A stretch of 64,000 bases of DNA from Alphaproteobacteria bacterium. Its GTDB lineage: Bacteria > Pseudomonadota > Alphaproteobacteria > UBA828. This document shows, one piece after another, positions 53,654 to 63,137 of the stretch. The notes below the pieces were generated by a model. The model saw only the letters and a program-made list of their open reading frames with translations, did not search any database and was not told the DNA's origin. The DNA lies in assembly GCA_965216915.1 (NCBI GenBank), contig CBDCGS010000007.1:21378-85377 (forward strand). The letters are read 5' to 3'. The translations under genes and the position numbers were made by a program. Within the stretch, counting starts at the first letter, position 1, and every line of letters begins with the position of its first letter.

Positions 53654-56170
53654 ATGATCGGCGTCGCCTGGCGCCTCGCACGCCGGGAGCTGCGCGGCGG
53701 TGTGCGCGGCTTCCGCGTGTTCTTGGCGTGCCTCGCGCTCGGCGTCGCAATCACGGCCGGCGTCGGCTCGCTCGCCGAAGCGCTCAAGGCGGGGCTCGCG
53801 CGGGATGCGCGGATCCTGCTCGGTGGTGATGTCGAGATCACCCTGTTCTCACGCGCGCTCGAGGCCGAGGCGCTAACCTATCTGGCGCAGGAAAGCCGCG
53901 CACTCTCGCACGTCGTCACCATGCGCGGCATGGCGCGCGCGGCCGAGCCCGGGGGCCGCGCGCGCGGCTCTCTGATCGAGCTCAAGGCGATCGACGGGGC
54001 CTATCCGCTGCTCGGCACGCTGCGCCTCGCCGACGACCAGCCGTTCGACGAGGCCCTCGCCGGGAGTGGCGCCGTTGCCGACCGCGCGCTCTTCGACCGG
54101 CTCGGCCTCGAGGTGGGCGACGCGATCCGCGTCGGCGCCGCGACCTTGACGCTGCGCGGTGTGATCGAAAAAGAACCGGATCGGGTCACCGGCGGAATCG
54201 CGCTCGGGCCGCGCGTGATGATCGCCGGCGAGGCGCTGGCGGCGACCAAGCTGGTGCAGCCGGGTGTGCTGCTCCGCCATCGCTATCGCGTGCTTGTTCC
54301 CGAGGCGGCATCGCTCGGCGCCTGGACCGATGCGCTGGATGAGGCCTTTCCTGAAAGCGGCTGGCGCGTGCGCGATGCCCGCGACGCCAATCCGGGCCTC
54401 CGCCGTCAGCTCGATCGCGTCGGCCTTTTCCTCACCCTGGTTGGGCTCTCGGCGCTGTTCGTCGGTGGCATCGGCGTCGCGAGCGCCGTCTCGAGCCATT
54501 TGCAGGGCAAGGTGCGCACGATCGCGACACTGAAATGCGTCGGTGCGACGCACGGCACGGTCCAGCTCGCATTCCTGCTGCAGATCACGCTGCTCGCCTT
54601 GGTGGGCATCGCGATCGGGCTCGCGCTCGGCGCCGCCGCGCCTCCCGTGCTCTCCGCGATCTTCGGCGATCGGTTGCCCGTTCCGCTGGCTGGCGGCATC
54701 TATGGCGGCGCGCTCGGCCTCGCGACGGCCTATGGCCTGCTGACCATGCTCGCCTTCTCGCTCTGGCCGCTCGGCCAGGCGGCGCGCACGCCACCGGGCC
54801 TCCTGTTCCGAGCCGCGGTCGCGCCGCACACGGGCTGGCCGCCGCTTGTCAGCATCGCCGCCACTGCGTTCGCCGCGCTCGCGCTCGGAGGGCTCGCGGT
54901 CGCGACTGCCTCGCGGCCATCGATCGCGCTCTGGTTCGTCCTTGGCGCGTTGTTCTCGCTCGCGCTCTTCCGCGGCGCGGCGGCGATGATGAAACTGCTC
55001 GCCCGCCTCGCTCGGAGGGCCCAGGTCCCGGCGCTCCGCCTCGGCCTCGCCAATCTGGGTCGGCCCGGCGCGCCGACCGTACCGGTCGCGATGTCGCTCG
55101 GCGCGGGGCTTGCGGTTCTCGTCGCCATCGCCCTCGTGCAAGGCAACCTCGGCGCCCAAATCACCGAGCAGCGCGATGCCGACCGGCCAAGCTACTTTTT
55201 TCTCGATATCCAGCCGAACCAGGTCGAGCCGTTCGATGCGTTGCTGGCCGACACCCCGGGCGCGGAGCGTGGACAGCGCGTGCCCATGCTGCGCGGGCGC
55301 ATCGTGCGCATCAACGACGTGCCGGTCGCCGAGGCCACCATCGCGCCCGGCTCGCGCTGGGTGGTGCAGAGCGATCTCGGCCTGAGCTACGCCGCCGAGC
55401 CGCCGGTCAACGCCGAGATCGTGGCCGGCGCATGGTGGCCCGCGGGCTATCGCGGCGAGCCGCTGATCTCGTTTAGCAACGAGGTCGCCCGCGATTTCGG
55501 CATCGGGGTCGGCGATTCACTGTCCATCAACATCCTTGGGCGCGAAATCAAGGCCAAGATCACGAGTCTCAGGACAGTCGACTGGACGGCTTTCGACGTG
55601 AATTTCGTCGTGATTTTCTCGCCCGGCGTGCTCGAGTCGGCACCGCAGACCCATCTTGCGACCGCCCGTGCGACGCCGGAGGCCGAGCCTCTGCTCGAGC
55701 GCGCGGTCGCGGACCGTTTCGCCAACGTGACCGCGATCCCGGTGCGCGCGATCGTCGATGCGCTGGACGACGTGTTCAGCCGCATCGGCGTGGCGATCCA
55801 ATCGATCGCCGGGCTGACCGTGATCGCCGGCGTGCTCGTCTTGGCGGGCGCGATCGCGGCGGGCCACGAGCGGCGGGTCTACGATGCGATCGTGCTCAAG
55901 GTGCTCGGCGCCCGCCGCGTCGATCTGCTCCGCATATTCCTCTTCGAGCACGTGCTGCTCGGCTGCATCACGGCGGCGGTCGCGATCGGCATCGGCACGG
56001 CCGCCGCCTACGCGTTCGTCACCCAAGTGCTCGATTTGCCCTGGTCGTTCCTGCCGAGCTATGTGGCGGTCACGGCGGTTGGGTGTATCTTGATCACCTT
56101 GTTCTTCGGCTTCGCGAGCACGTGGCGCGCGCTCGGCCGAAAGGCGGCGCCGCTGCTCAGGGTGGAGTAG
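53654..56170 (+). CDS. ABC transporter permease, FtsX-like double domain (YbbP-like)
   Basis: ORF 53654..56170(+), 838 aa. Two FtsX-type 4-TM modules separated by a large extracytoplasmic domain. Confidence 0.9.
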   Translation: MIGVAWRLARRELRGGVRGFRVFLACLALGVAITAGVGSLAEALKAGLARDARILLGGDVEITLFSRALEAEALTYLAQESRALSHVVTMRGMARAAEPGGRARGSLIELKAIDGAYPLLGTLRLADDQPFDEALAGSGAVADRALFDRLGLEVGDAIRVGAATLTLRGVIEKEPDRVTGGIALGPRVMIAGEALAATKLVQPGVLLRHRYRVLVPEAASLGAWTDALDEAFPESGWRVRDARDANPGLRRQLDRVGLFLTLVGLSALFVGGIGVASAVSSHLQGKVRTIATLKCVGATHGTVQLAFLLQITLLALVGIAIGLALGAAAPPVLSAIFGDRLPVPLAGGIYGGALGLATAYGLLTMLAFSLWPLGQAARTPPGLLFRAAVAPHTGWPPLVSIAATAFAALALGGLAVATASRPSIALWFVLGALFSLALFRGAAAMMKLLARLARRAQVPALRLGLANLGRPGAPTVPVAMSLGAGLAVLVAIALVQGNLGAQITEQRDADRPSYFFLDIQPNQVEPFDALLADTPGAERGQRVPMLRGRIVRINDVPVAEATIAPGSRWVVQSDLGLSYAAEPPVNAEIVAGAWWPAGYRGEPLISFSNEVARDFGIGVGDSLSINILGREIKAKITSLRTVDWTAFDVNFVVIFSPGVLESAPQTHLATARATPEAEPLLERAVADRFANVTAIPVRAIVDALDDVFSRIGVAIQSIAGLTVIAGVLVLAGAIAAGHERRVYDAIVLKVLGARRVDLLRIFLFEHVLLGCITAAVAIGIGTAAAYAFVTQVLDLPWSFLPSYVAVTAVGCILITLFFGFASTWRALGRKAAPLLRVE

Positions 56171-56172
56171 GC

Positions 56173-56910
56173 GTGTCGAACGGACCTCCCCCGACCCGCC
56201 CGCAGGAGCTTCGGGCCTTCGAACTCGTGGCCGAAGGCGCCGGCATGACCTTTCGCGATTTTCGCGTGGTCGCCGGGCTTGGGGCCCTGCCGGCGCTGAT
56301 GTCCGTTCTGTGGGCGTTGGTGCTTGGGATCGGCGAGGTGGGTCCGCTGCACGTCAGCACGATCGCCTATTCGCTGGGCGAGCTTTTCCTCTTCTCAACC
56401 TTCGCGGTGGCGTGGCACCGATACATCCTGCTGCGACGGCGCGACACGCGCGCCTCGCTACAGTTTTGGCCGAGCACGCGCGATTTCCTCTACTTTGTGC
56501 GTTTGTCGCTTTTTCTCGTGCCGCCGCAGGCGGTTGTCGTCGCTCTGGCTGCATCGCGCACGCCTGAGGAATCGCTCGGCCTCCTTCCGTTGTATTTGGT
56601 CGCCGAACTGGGCGCGATGATCGGCGCCGGTCTGTTCAGCCTCGGTTTCCCGGCCATGGCGATCGACCGGTTTCACGGCTTCGCTGCGGCCCGCCAAGCG
56701 CTGCGCGGTGCCACGCCGCCGCTCATCGGCGCACTTGCGATCGTGACCGTCGCGGCCACCATCCTGACGCAAGCGCTCGTCGTGCCGCTGGCCGCGGGCG
56801 GCGTGTCGACCCTGCTGGGGGCGGTGCTGCACACGCTCATCACGCTCGGCTATGTCGCGGTCGTCGTCGCGATCGTTTCGATCGCCTATCGACGGCGCGT
56901 CGGCACTTAG
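56173..56910 (+). CDS. hypothetical integral membrane protein
   Basis: Frame of ORF 56083..56910(+). GTG 56173 lies 2 nt after the permease stop, and ATG 56245 is an alternative. Several hydrophobic helices. Confidence 0.55.
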   Translation: MSNGPPPTRPQELRAFELVAEGAGMTFRDFRVVAGLGALPALMSVLWALVLGIGEVGPLHVSTIAYSLGELFLFSTFAVAWHRYILLRRRDTRASLQFWPSTRDFLYFVRLSLFLVPPQAVVVALAASRTPEESLGLLPLYLVAELGAMIGAGLFSLGFPAMAIDRFHGFAAARQALRGATPPLIGALAIVTVAATILTQALVVPLAAGGVSTLLGAVLHTLITLGYVAVVVAIVSIAYRRRVGT

Positions 56911-56955
56911 GCACGCCGTTTTTCGCGGACCGTTCACAGAACCTTAACGCTAAGC

Positions 56956-56986
56956 GCCAAAAAACGCCGGAATCGGCGCTTTTGGC
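56956..56986. terminator. hairpin terminator candidate
   Basis: gccaaaa-aa-cgccg-gaat-cggcg-c-ttttggc. T-run on the + strand and a longer T-run when read on the - strand. Confidence 0.45.
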
Positions 56987-57060
56987 CTCGTCAAACGTTG
57001 AAATCGCCGCGTGCCTTCATAATATAGAGGCCGAGTTCTCCGTTTTCTTGAGGGAGTCAC

Positions 57061-57774
57061 ATGGCTTTCGGCACACAATCGCGCCCGCTTGGCCGCACTC
57101 TGACCCAGGCCCAGGTCGATCAGGGCCTGCGGACCTACATGCTGCGGGTCTACAACTACATGGCCTCGGGCTTGGCGCTCACGGGCGTGACCGCGTACGT
57201 GGTCGCCCACACCGGCCTCTACGAGGCGCTGTTCACCTCTGGCATCGGCTTCGTCGTGATGCTCGCCCCGCTCGGCATCGTGTTCTTCATGAGCATCAAG
57301 ATCGAGCGCATGAAGGAGACCACGGCGCAAACGCTGTTCTGGGTCTTCTCGATCCTGATGGGCGCATCGCTCTCCTACATCTTCATGGCCTACACGGCGA
57401 CGAGCATCGTGCGCGTGTTCTTCATCACGATGGGCATGTTCGGCGCGATGAGCCTCTACGGCTACACCACCCGCCGCTCGCTCGCCCACTGGGGTTCCTT
57501 CCTGATCATGGGCCTGATCGGCGTCATCATCGCGATGGTGGTCAACATCTTCCTGAATTCGGAGCTGCTGCATTACGTGATCTCGGTGATCGGCGTGCTC
57601 GTGTTCACCGGCCTCACCGCGTGGGACACGCAGCGCATCAAGCTCGCCTATGTCGAGAGCGACGGGAAGGCCGTGATGGTGAAGAAGTCCATCATGGGCG
57701 CGCTTTCGCTCTATCTGAACTTCATCAACCTCTTCATCCTCCTCTTGCACCTCTTCGGAGGCGCGCGCGAGTAG
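57061..57774 (+). CDS. Bax inhibitor-1/YccA family membrane protein
   Basis: ORF 57061..57774(+). QGLRTYMLRVYNYM N-terminus and 7 TM segments, typical of BI-1/YccA. Confidence 0.9.
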   Translation: MAFGTQSRPLGRTLTQAQVDQGLRTYMLRVYNYMASGLALTGVTAYVVAHTGLYEALFTSGIGFVVMLAPLGIVFFMSIKIERMKETTAQTLFWVFSILMGASLSYIFMAYTATSIVRVFFITMGMFGAMSLYGYTTRRSLAHWGSFLIMGLIGVIIAMVVNIFLNSELLHYVISVIGVLVFTGLTAWDTQRIKLAYVESDGKAVMVKKSIMGALSLYLNFINLFILLLHLFGGARE

Positions 57775-57798
57775 CACTATCCGCAATCGATTTGCGCG

Positions 57799-57824
57799 AA
57801 GCACCCGGCTCTGCCGGGTGCTTT
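57799..57824 (+). terminator. rho-independent terminator candidate after the BI-1 gene
   Basis: aagcacccgg-ctctg-ccgggtgctt followed by tcg. 10-bp stem. Confidence 0.55.
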
Positions 57825-57841
57825 CGCGTTGAGGGGGCGCG

Positions 57842-58654
57842 ATGGAGTGGCTGTGGCGAAGCGTCGCTGAGGGCGCGCGCGCCTACGCGACCGCGTTCGG
57901 TGTGCTCGCCGTCGGTCAGCGGCGGGTCATGTATCTGCCCGACCCCGCTTGCCCTCGGCCCGCCGATGCCGGCGTGCCCGAGATGGCGCCTGTCACCTTC
58001 GAGACCGAGGACGGCGTCAGCCTGCTTGCCTGGCACGCGCCGCCGCGGCAGGCGGATGCGCCGACGCTAATCTATTTCCACGGCAACGCCGGCCATATCG
58101 GGATGCGCGGCATGAAGGTACGGCCATTTCTCGATGCCGGGCTCGGCGTGCTCCTCACCACCTGGCGGGGCTACTCCGGCAATCCCGGCCGGCCGAGCGA
58201 GGATGGCCTCTATGCCGACGGGCGCGCGGCCCGGAATTTCCTATCGCGTCGAGGGGTGCCGGGCGCGCGCCACATCCTCTATGGCGAATCGCTCGGCACG
58301 GGCGTCGCGGTGCACCTCGCCCGTGAAGCCGCGCCCGCCGCGCTGGTTCTCGAGGCGCCCTACAGCTCCATCCCGGATCTTGCCGCGCACCTGATGCCGT
58401 TCGTGCCGATCAAGCCCTTGGTGCTGGACCGCTTCGACTCGACGGAGAAGATCGGCGCGGTAACCGCCCCGATCCTCGTCGTGCATGGCGCCCAAGATCA
58501 AACGATCCCGATCGCGCTCGCCCAGCGTCTCTATGCCGCCGCAGGCGATCCCAAGGAAGCCGCGTTCATTCCCGAGGGCGGCCACGCCGACCTCATCGAC
58601 CACGGCCTCGCGCCGATCGTTCTCGAATTCCTCGCACGGCGCGTGCTGCGCTGA
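57842..58654 (+). CDS. alpha/beta hydrolase
   Basis: ORF 57842..58654(+). Nucleophile elbow GESLG, HGNAG, VVHGAQD and GGH catalytic-triad context. Confidence 0.85.
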   Translation: MEWLWRSVAEGARAYATAFGVLAVGQRRVMYLPDPACPRPADAGVPEMAPVTFETEDGVSLLAWHAPPRQADAPTLIYFHGNAGHIGMRGMKVRPFLDAGLGVLLTTWRGYSGNPGRPSEDGLYADGRAARNFLSRRGVPGARHILYGESLGTGVAVHLAREAAPAALVLEAPYSSIPDLAAHLMPFVPIKPLVLDRFDSTEKIGAVTAPILVVHGAQDQTIPIALAQRLYAAAGDPKEAAFIPEGGHADLIDHGLAPIVLEFLARRVLR

Positions 58655-58666
58655 GAGGGCAATCAG

Positions 58667-58772
58667 CTAGAGCAAATCCCGAGCAGGTGGGATCACCTGC
58701 GACGACGCATTTGCTTCAATTCCAATCAGATGGAGCGTTCGCGTGAGCATAGGCGAGCGTGAAATGCTCTAG
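58667..58772 (+). repeat. ~106-nt structured intergenic repeat (MITE/REP-like), copy 4 of 4
   Basis: ctagagcaaatcccgagcaggtgggatcacctgcgacgacgcatttgcttc...gtgaaatgctctag. Its terminal CTAG contains the minus-strand TAG stop of the FemAB-like gene. Confidence 0.85.
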
Positions 58773-59833
58773 CCGAGCTGGCGCGCCACCCAGGGGCCAA
58801 GTCGGTTTGCGACGGGCATCGGTAAGCGCTGCCAGACACGCACCATCGTGCGATATTTCGGGTTGAGTGGATTGATATCGGGCACGTCGTCGGCCTTCAC
58901 CAGATGATACTGGTAGTGGAGGGGGGTCGGCTCGAAGCCCCAATAGGTCTTGTAATCGTAGGCCCCCGTGCCCGCTTTGCTGCGCCCGAAATCGAAGATG
59001 CATGCGCCGCGGGCGACGGCGCGGCCCATCAGCGACCAATAGAGATAGTCGTAGGCGTGGAGCCGGCGCGCGTTGGGGAGGGCGCCGCCATAGTAGGGGA
59101 GCACCTCGTCGCGGAAGAAGAAGCTGAGGAGCGCCGCGACCGGCCCGTCGGGTCCGTGCACGACCGCGACCTCCGTGTCCTCGGGAAAGGTGTTCACGAT
59201 GGCTTCGGCATAGCGGAGCGAAAAGACCGGCGTGCCGAGATCGCGCAGGCTGCGCGCATAAAGGGCATGGAACTGCGCCACCGGCGCGCTCGTGTCGACC
59301 CGAAGGTCATTTTTTAGGCTCTTGCGCACATCGGCGCGCTTCTTGCGCGGGATGGCCTTGAGGTTGGCGTCGTCGTCTTCCGAGAGGGTGCGCTTGAAGG
59401 TCGCGTAGACCCCCGATTTCGTGCGCCAAGACGGCATTGCGGGCGCGGCGCTCCGAAGCTCGACATAGTCGACGCCCAACCGGTCGCCAAGCGCGGCGGC
59501 GGCGTCGCCCAGCGCGGCAACGGCCTCCTCGCTCTCGGCCGCGATCCCGCCATAGACGCAAAAACCGGTCGAGATGAGCGCGCTTCCGAAGAGCAGGCTC
59601 TTGACGTGCACGAGCGGCAGCACGCCGACGATCCGGCCGTCGACGCGCGCCGTCAGATAGTGGCAGCGATGGCGATAGATCCCCTCGATGACGCGACGCC
59701 AGCCCGCGCGATGGAAGAACGTGGCGTCCGGATGCGAGAGAACGAAGGCATCCCATGCCGCCTCGTCGCCATCGGTGAGCTGCTCTACCTGCACGGTTTC
59801 CGCTCTTGGCGTGATCGCCTGCGCTAGCGCCAT
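58769..59833 (-). CDS. FemAB-family (GNAT-fold) protein, PEP-CTERM/exopolysaccharide-associated type
   Basis: ORF 58769..59851(-) trimmed to ATG 59831-59833. WDAFVLSHPDATFFHRAGWRRVIE and FDFGRSKAGTGAYDYKTYWGF patterns. Confidence 0.8.
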   Translation of the reverse strand: MALAQAITPRAETVQVEQLTDGDEAAWDAFVLSHPDATFFHRAGWRRVIEGIYRHRCHYLTARVDGRIVGVLPLVHVKSLLFGSALISTGFCVYGGIAAESEEAVAALGDAAAALGDRLGVDYVELRSAAPAMPSWRTKSGVYATFKRTLSEDDDANLKAIPRKKRADVRKSLKNDLRVDTSAPVAQFHALYARSLRDLGTPVFSLRYAEAIVNTFPEDTEVAVVHGPDGPVAALLSFFFRDEVLPYYGGALPNARRLHAYDYLYWSLMGRAVARGACIFDFGRSKAGTGAYDYKTYWGFEPTPLHYQYHLVKADDVPDINPLNPKYRTMVRVWQRLPMPVANRLGPWVARQLG

Positions 59834-59936
59834 TCTACGCCGGGTCCGCAATGGAGAAAGATTGCCGCAACAATGGCGGCAGCCCCGTTAAGAACTTCCT
59901 TCCGCACCGAGAAACTTGCGGTGCGCGCGTGAAGCC

Positions 59937-60350
59937 TCACGCCGGGTCGTAATAGTGCACCTCGAGCAGGAGACACCCGCCTTCGGAGCGAAACGGCCCA
60001 TGGGGCGTGCCGGGCGGCCGGCACGCATAGGTGTTGGGGGCGAACCGCTCGACCGCGCCCGCCGACGGATCGCCGACGACCAGATCGCCGGAGAGCTGGT
60101 AGACCTCCTCCCAATAGTCATGGACGAAGGGGCGGTCGGTGTGCGCGCCTGGCTGAAAGCGGAGCAGGCGCGTGCGTCCGCCGCGCCGCCCGGCCTCGTC
60201 CAAGTCGCCCGCGAGGATCTTCTGCTCGATGCCGGCCGGATAGCCGGGCGGCGTGTGCCAGCCGCTCTCGAGATCGAGCGCGTGAAACTCCAGGTGCGGC
60301 TTCTCTATCGCCAAAACCGGTCCCCCCGGGCGCCGGCCGGCGCCTCGCAC
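59937..60350 (-). CDS. cupin domain-containing protein
   Basis: ORF 59937..60350(-), 137 aa. HDYWEEVYQLSGDL...PPGTPHGPF beta-barrel pattern. Confidence 0.65.
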   Translation of the reverse strand: MRGAGRRPGGPVLAIEKPHLEFHALDLESGWHTPPGYPAGIEQKILAGDLDEAGRRGGRTRLLRFQPGAHTDRPFVHDYWEEVYQLSGDLVVGDPSAGAVERFAPNTYACRPPGTPHGPFRSEGGCLLLEVHYYDPA

Positions 60351-60367
60351 CGGCCGCTGGGCCGCGT

Positions 60368-62461
60368 CTAACCCACGGCGAACTTGGCGATGATGGCGAG
60401 GAGCAAGATCGCCACGATGTTGGTGATCTTGATCATCGGGTTGACCGCAGGTCCGGCCGTATCCTTGTACGGATCGCCGACGGTGTCACCCGTGACGGCC
60501 GCCTTGTGGCTCTCCGAGCCCTTGCCGCCGAAGTTGCCATCCTCGATGTACTTTTTCGCGTTGTCCCAGGCGCCGCCGCCCGCGGTCATCGCGATCGCGA
60601 GGAAGAGTCCGGTCACGATCGTGCCCATCAGCGCCGCACCGAGCGCGGAAAACGCCGCCGCCTGGCCCGCGAACGAATAGATGATGAAGTAGAGAATGAT
60701 CGGCGCGAGCACCGGCAGGAGCGAGGGCACGATCATCTCGCGGATCGCGGCGCGGGTGAGGAGGTCGACCGCCCGGCCATATTCCGGCTTGGCCGTGCCC
60801 TCCATGATGCCCGGAATTTCCCGGAACTGCCGGCGCACCTCGAGCACGACGGACGCCGCAGCGCGGCCGACCGACAGCATCGCCATCGAGCCGAACAGGA
60901 AGGGCAGCAGGCCGCCGATGAAGAGACCGATCACGACATACGGATTGCTCAGCGAGAAATCGAGTGTGACGTCGGGGAAGTATCGCCCGACATCCTGGGT
61001 GTAGGCCGCAAACAGCACGAGCGCCGCCAGTCCCGCCGAGGCGATGGCGTAGCCCTTGGTGACCGCCTTGGTGGTGTTGCCGACGGCATCGAGCGCGTCG
61101 GTGGTCTTGCGCACGTCCTCGGGCAGCTCCGCCATCTCCGCGATGCCGCCCGCGTTGTCCGTCACGGGGCCGTAGGCGTCGAGCGCCACGACCATGCCGG
61201 CCAGCGCCAACATCGCGGTCACCGCGATGGCGATGCCGAAGAGCCCGGCCGCGAGATAGGCCAGAATAATGCCGGCGGCGATGATGATCGCCGGCACCGC
61301 CGTCGCCTGCATGGAAATGGCGAGGCCCTGGATGATGTTGGTTGCATGTCCCGTTTCGCAGGACCTCGCGATCGAGCGCACCGGCCTGAACTCGGTGGAG
61401 GTGTAGTACTCCGTGACCCACACCATCAGGCCCGTGACGACGAGGCCGATGATGCCGCAAAGGAAGAGGTCTGAACCACTCGCCGCGACGCCGCCGACCA
61501 CGAACTCCGTGTCCCAGCCGATCACCCAGTCGGTGACTGGCCAGAGCCCGACCGCGGAGATCACCGCCGAGACCAGGAAGGCCCGGTAGAGCGCCGGCAT
61601 GATCTTGCCGCTCTTGCTCAGGCGCACGAAGAACATGCCGATCACAGAGGCGAGGATGCACGCACCGCCGATGGCGAGCGGGTAGAGCATCATGGCTTCT
61701 TGCAGCGGACCGGTGAAGTAGACCGCCGCGAGCAGCATGGTCGCGACCACCGTCACCGCATAGGTCTCGAAGAGATCCGCCGCCATGCCGGCGCAATCGC
61801 CGACATTGTCGCCGACATTGTCCGCGATCACGGCCGGGTTGCGCGGATCGTCCTCGGGGATGCCGGCCTCGACCTTGCCGACCAGGTCGGCGCCGACGTC
61901 GGCGCCCTTCGTAAAGATGCCGCCGCCGAGGCGCGCGAAGATGGAGATCAGCGAGCCTCCGAAGCCGAGCGCGACGAGCGCCTCCAGCATCTCGCCGGTA
62001 TGAACGTCGGCCGCCAGCAGAATGCCGTAATAGACGACAACGCCGAGCAGCCCGAGGCCCACCACCAGCATGCCGGTGATCGCGCCGGAGCGGAACGCCA
62101 CCGAGAGGGCCTGCTTGAGCCCGCCGGTCCGCGCCGCATCGGCCGTGCGCACGTTCGCCCTGACGGAGACGTGCATGCCGATGTAGCCCGCCGCGCCCGA
62201 GAGGACGGCGCCGATCAAGAAGCCGATGCCCACGAGATGGCCGAGCAAGCCGGTCAATAGGCCAAACACCACCAAACCCACGATGCCGATGGTGAGATAC
62301 TGGCGGTTGAGATAGGCGCGGGCGCCCTCCTGAACGGCCCCTGCGATCTCTTGCATCCGCTCGGTGCCCGCGCTCGCAGATAGCACGGACCGGATGGCGT
62401 ACGCGCCGTAGACAAGCGCGATGATGCCGCAAATCAAGGCAAACCAGAAAACCCCTGACAT
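60368..62461 (-). CDS. hppA: membrane-bound proton/K+-dependent pyrophosphatase
   Basis: ORF 60368..62461(-), 697 aa. [31 protein letters not shown] and [11 protein letters not shown] motifs. Confidence 0.95.
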   Translation of the reverse strand: MSGVFWFALICGIIALVYGAYAIRSVLSASAGTERMQEIAGAVQEGARAYLNRQYLTIGIVGLVVFGLLTGLLGHLVGIGFLIGAVLSGAAGYIGMHVSVRANVRTADAARTGGLKQALSVAFRSGAITGMLVVGLGLLGVVVYYGILLAADVHTGEMLEALVALGFGGSLISIFARLGGGIFTKGADVGADLVGKVEAGIPEDDPRNPAVIADNVGDNVGDCAGMAADLFETYAVTVVATMLLAAVYFTGPLQEAMMLYPLAIGGACILASVIGMFFVRLSKSGKIMPALYRAFLVSAVISAVGLWPVTDWVIGWDTEFVVGGVAASGSDLFLCGIIGLVVTGLMVWVTEYYTSTEFRPVRSIARSCETGHATNIIQGLAISMQATAVPAIIIAAGIILAYLAAGLFGIAIAVTAMLALAGMVVALDAYGPVTDNAGGIAEMAELPEDVRKTTDALDAVGNTTKAVTKGYAIASAGLAALVLFAAYTQDVGRYFPDVTLDFSLSNPYVVIGLFIGGLLPFLFGSMAMLSVGRAAASVVLEVRRQFREIPGIMEGTAKPEYGRAVDLLTRAAIREMIVPSLLPVLAPIILYFIIYSFAGQAAAFSALGAALMGTIVTGLFLAIAMTAGGGAWDNAKKYIEDGNFGGKGSESHKAAVTGDTVGDPYKDTAGPAVNPMIKITNIVAILLLAIIAKFAVG

Positions 62462-62632
62462 TCTGACGACCTCTCGACGGGATGGCGGGATGATGCGCGG
62501 AGCCGCGCGCCACGAGGCGCCACGCTCCGCGACGCGAGAGCCTGGAAATTGGCCGCGCGGAAAATGACAGAAGACGTTTGTGAAAGCAACTCCGCCCCGG
62601 GGCCTCTCTCCCGAGGGCGGGGTGGCGCGCCG

Positions 62633-63076
62633 CTAAGACCCGAAGTCGAGAACTTCGGTGATGAGGACTTCGTGGACCGTGTCCTCGCCGAGCACGCGCT
62701 CGGCGAGCACGCGAAAACGCGCCTTGATGCGCGGCAAGACCACGCCCCGGCCATCGTTGCGCATCTGCGCTTGGAAGAACAAATCCTGAATAAACGCGTT
62801 GCGCAGGGCGGGTAGATTAGCGCGTGCGCGCCGCGCCACTTCGGAATTGGCGAGCTCCAGGGTAATGCCGAGATGGACGTAGCGTTCGATCTGCCGGCCT
62901 TTGAGCACGGGCGCCGGAAACGGCGACAGGGGAAGGAACTCGGGGTCGTCCTGATCGATGAATGGCGTGGCGCTCGATCCGGCGGCCCACGCCGTCGCCG
63001 TGCTCTCGACGGCAGCAACCGCCATCGCGACGAGGAGCATCGTGACCAGACGGCGTGTTGAGGAGAGGAAGCTCAT
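62633..63076 (-). CDS. hypothetical exported protein (FliL-like pattern, weak)
   Basis: ORF 62633..63166(-) trimmed to ATG 63074-63076, preceded by GGAGG. Signal anchor LVTMLLVAMAVAAV. FLPLSPFPAPVLKGRQIERYVHLGITLEL resembles the FliL core. Confidence 0.5.
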   Translation of the reverse strand: MSFLSSTRRLVTMLLVAMAVAAVESTATAWAAGSSATPFIDQDDPEFLPLSPFPAPVLKGRQIERYVHLGITLELANSEVARRARANLPALRNAFIQDLFFQAQMRNDGRGVVLPRIKARFRVLAERVLGEDTVHEVLITEVLDFGS

Positions 63077-63137
63077 CCTCCAATCGTGCCACCGACGGGT
63101 GAACATCCAGTGAACGGACGTGCGGCCGCGGATGACG

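Noticed and set aside
60486-62513. 675-aa minus-strand ORF.
   Set aside because: It is an alternative frame of hppA on the same strand. It is Arg/Gly-rich and lacks TM helices. The hppA frame carries all the pyrophosphatase motifs.
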